From Rhizomicrobium sp. (GTDB taxonomy: Bacteria > Pseudomonadota > Alphaproteobacteria > Micropepsales > Micropepsaceae): 64,000 nucleotides of DNA. Within the stretch, counting starts at the first letter, position 1; each line of letters opens with the position of its first letter. Where the stretch lies: NCBI GenBank assembly GCA_035548975.1, contig DASZRY010000001.1:1439-65438 (forward strand), in the 5' to 3' direction. A program made the translations under genes and the position numbers. Below the pieces are notes generated by a model that had not been told where the DNA came from, searched no databases, and was given only the letters and a program-made list of their open reading frames with translations. Positions 63,074 through 64,000 of this stretch are shown one piece after another.

Positions 63074-63795
63074 GATCCATTTCCTTCCTTTGTTATCTCT
63101 CTGACGAGACCGGCGATGACGTGCAGCGGTCCGTCCGTCACGCCGATCTCGCTCAAATGCGATACCGTGCGAAACAGGTAGTCGCGGTTGGTGCCGATGA
63201 AACCCTCCGCCTCGGCAATGCGTTGCGCAATCGTTTCTTCGTCCAGAATGCCTTCATAGCGCGGATTCTTGCGATTGACGGCGAAAGTCAGGGCACGTTG
63301 CGGTCCTTCGCCGTCCATCTCGGCGTCCACCCATACCGGAAGATACGCGCCGGAAAACATTTCACGGAGCCAAAGCACGGTGAGTTCGCTGTCCACGTGT
63401 TCCGGCGCCACTCTGTGCGCAATCCCGATGCAGTAATCACCTTCATCGAGGCCCAGCATCAGACCGGGCTTTTCCCGTGTCCCCCGGCCCATGCGGATAC
63501 TCAGGCAGAAACGCGCCGTGTATCCTGAAATGCGCGCCTTGCGGCTTTCGGCAACTTTTATGGCGGGATTCCACATCAGCGAGCCATAACCGAACACCCA
63601 TAGGTCTGCACCCGGCGCGATGGCGGCTCGGACGGTATCCAGAAGTTCGGCGCGCTCGACATCGGTGATAAACGGCGTTTCGCCCGACGCAGCCATAGCC
63701 TTTGCAATCAGCTGCAAACGATCGGAATTGAAATCGTCGCGCTGGAGCAATCGCCCCAGTGATTGCGGTAGTTCTGCCGGTGGTTCGTCAGACAA
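63070..63795 (-). CDS. chaC: ChaC family gamma-glutamylcyclotransferase
   Basis: WVFGYGSLMW, RGTREKPGLMLGLD, LWLREM, GTNRDYL; TTG start uncertain. Confidence 0.9.
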   Translation of the reverse strand: MSDEPPAELPQSLGRLLQRDDFNSDRLQLIAKAMAASGETPFITDVERAELLDTVRAAIAPGADLWVFGYGSLMWNPAIKVAESRKARISGYTARFCLSIRMGRGTREKPGLMLGLDEGDYCIGIAHRVAPEHVDSELTVLWLREMFSGAYLPVWVDAEMDGEGPQRALTFAVNRKNPRYEGILDEETIAQRIAEAEGFIGTNRDYLFRTVSHLSEIGVTDGPLHVIAGLVREITKEGNGS

Positions 63796-64000
63796 TGCGC
63801 GAATCGCGTTTCCCCCAATAACGGTCGCGGATCAAACGCTTGTAGAGCTTGCCCGTCGGATGACGCGGCAGCTCGCGCTCGAAATCGACCGAGCGCGGGC
63901 ATTTGATGGGAGAAAGGTGCTGGCGGCAATAGGCAATTAGTTCTTCCGCCAATGCAGGTCCTGCATCGTTCCAATTCGCGGGCTGGACGACGGCTTTTAC
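63788..64000 (-). CDS. Acyl-CoA synthetase (AMP-binding) 3' end, partial
   Basis: Hand translation VKAVVQP...CPRSVDFERELPRHPTGKLYKRLIRDRYW; TGA at 63788-63790. Confidence 0.9.
   Translation of the reverse strand, partial: VKAVVQPANWNDAGPALAEELIAYCRQHLSPIKCPRSVDFERELPRHPTGKLYKRLIRDRYWGKRDSRIV

Overview
GC-rich alphaproteobacterial chromosome segment (lineage inferred from gene order; possibly Rhizomicrobium/Micropepsales-like, not verifiable here). 0-27 kb is mostly core genome: rnd, kdsD-lptCAB-rpoN-hpf-ptsN, sigma32-driven hsp20-DUF1150, pabB/pabC fusion, GMC oxidoreductase plus Tat-like partner, tRNA-Ala, aroA-cmk-rpsA, ihfB-pyrF-trpF-trpB-(yodC-like insert)-trpA-accD-folC. 27-60.7 kb is an accessory block ending at the 3' end of tRNA-Gln: a ~1100-aa repeat coiled-coil/TM/SH3 protein, DUF2189-chaB-polX, an ECF sigma/FecR/TonB-receptor unit, a diiron ferritin-like enzyme, a flavin monooxygenase, a complete cbb3 oxidase cluster (ccoNOQP-GHIS), and a stress module (APH-AAA kinase, two Hsp20, Lon, host-attachment/baeRF12 protein, beta-CASP nuclease, AMP-phosphorylase-like enzyme, PRPP synthase, Nudix). 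Eight FNR/FixK-type TTGAT-N4-ATCAA boxes (four perfect, four with 1-2 mismatches) are distributed over this block. The leading hypothesis is a low-oxygen 'dormancy and RNA/nucleotide recycling' system. The giant coiled-coil envelope protein is the other top candidate. The window ends with an esterase, a yybP-ykoY Mn riboswitch with a UPF0016 exporter, maoC, chaC and a partial acyl-CoA synthetase. No CRISPR array, integrase or intact transposase was seen. All family assignments come from motif recognition by eye; no database searches were run.
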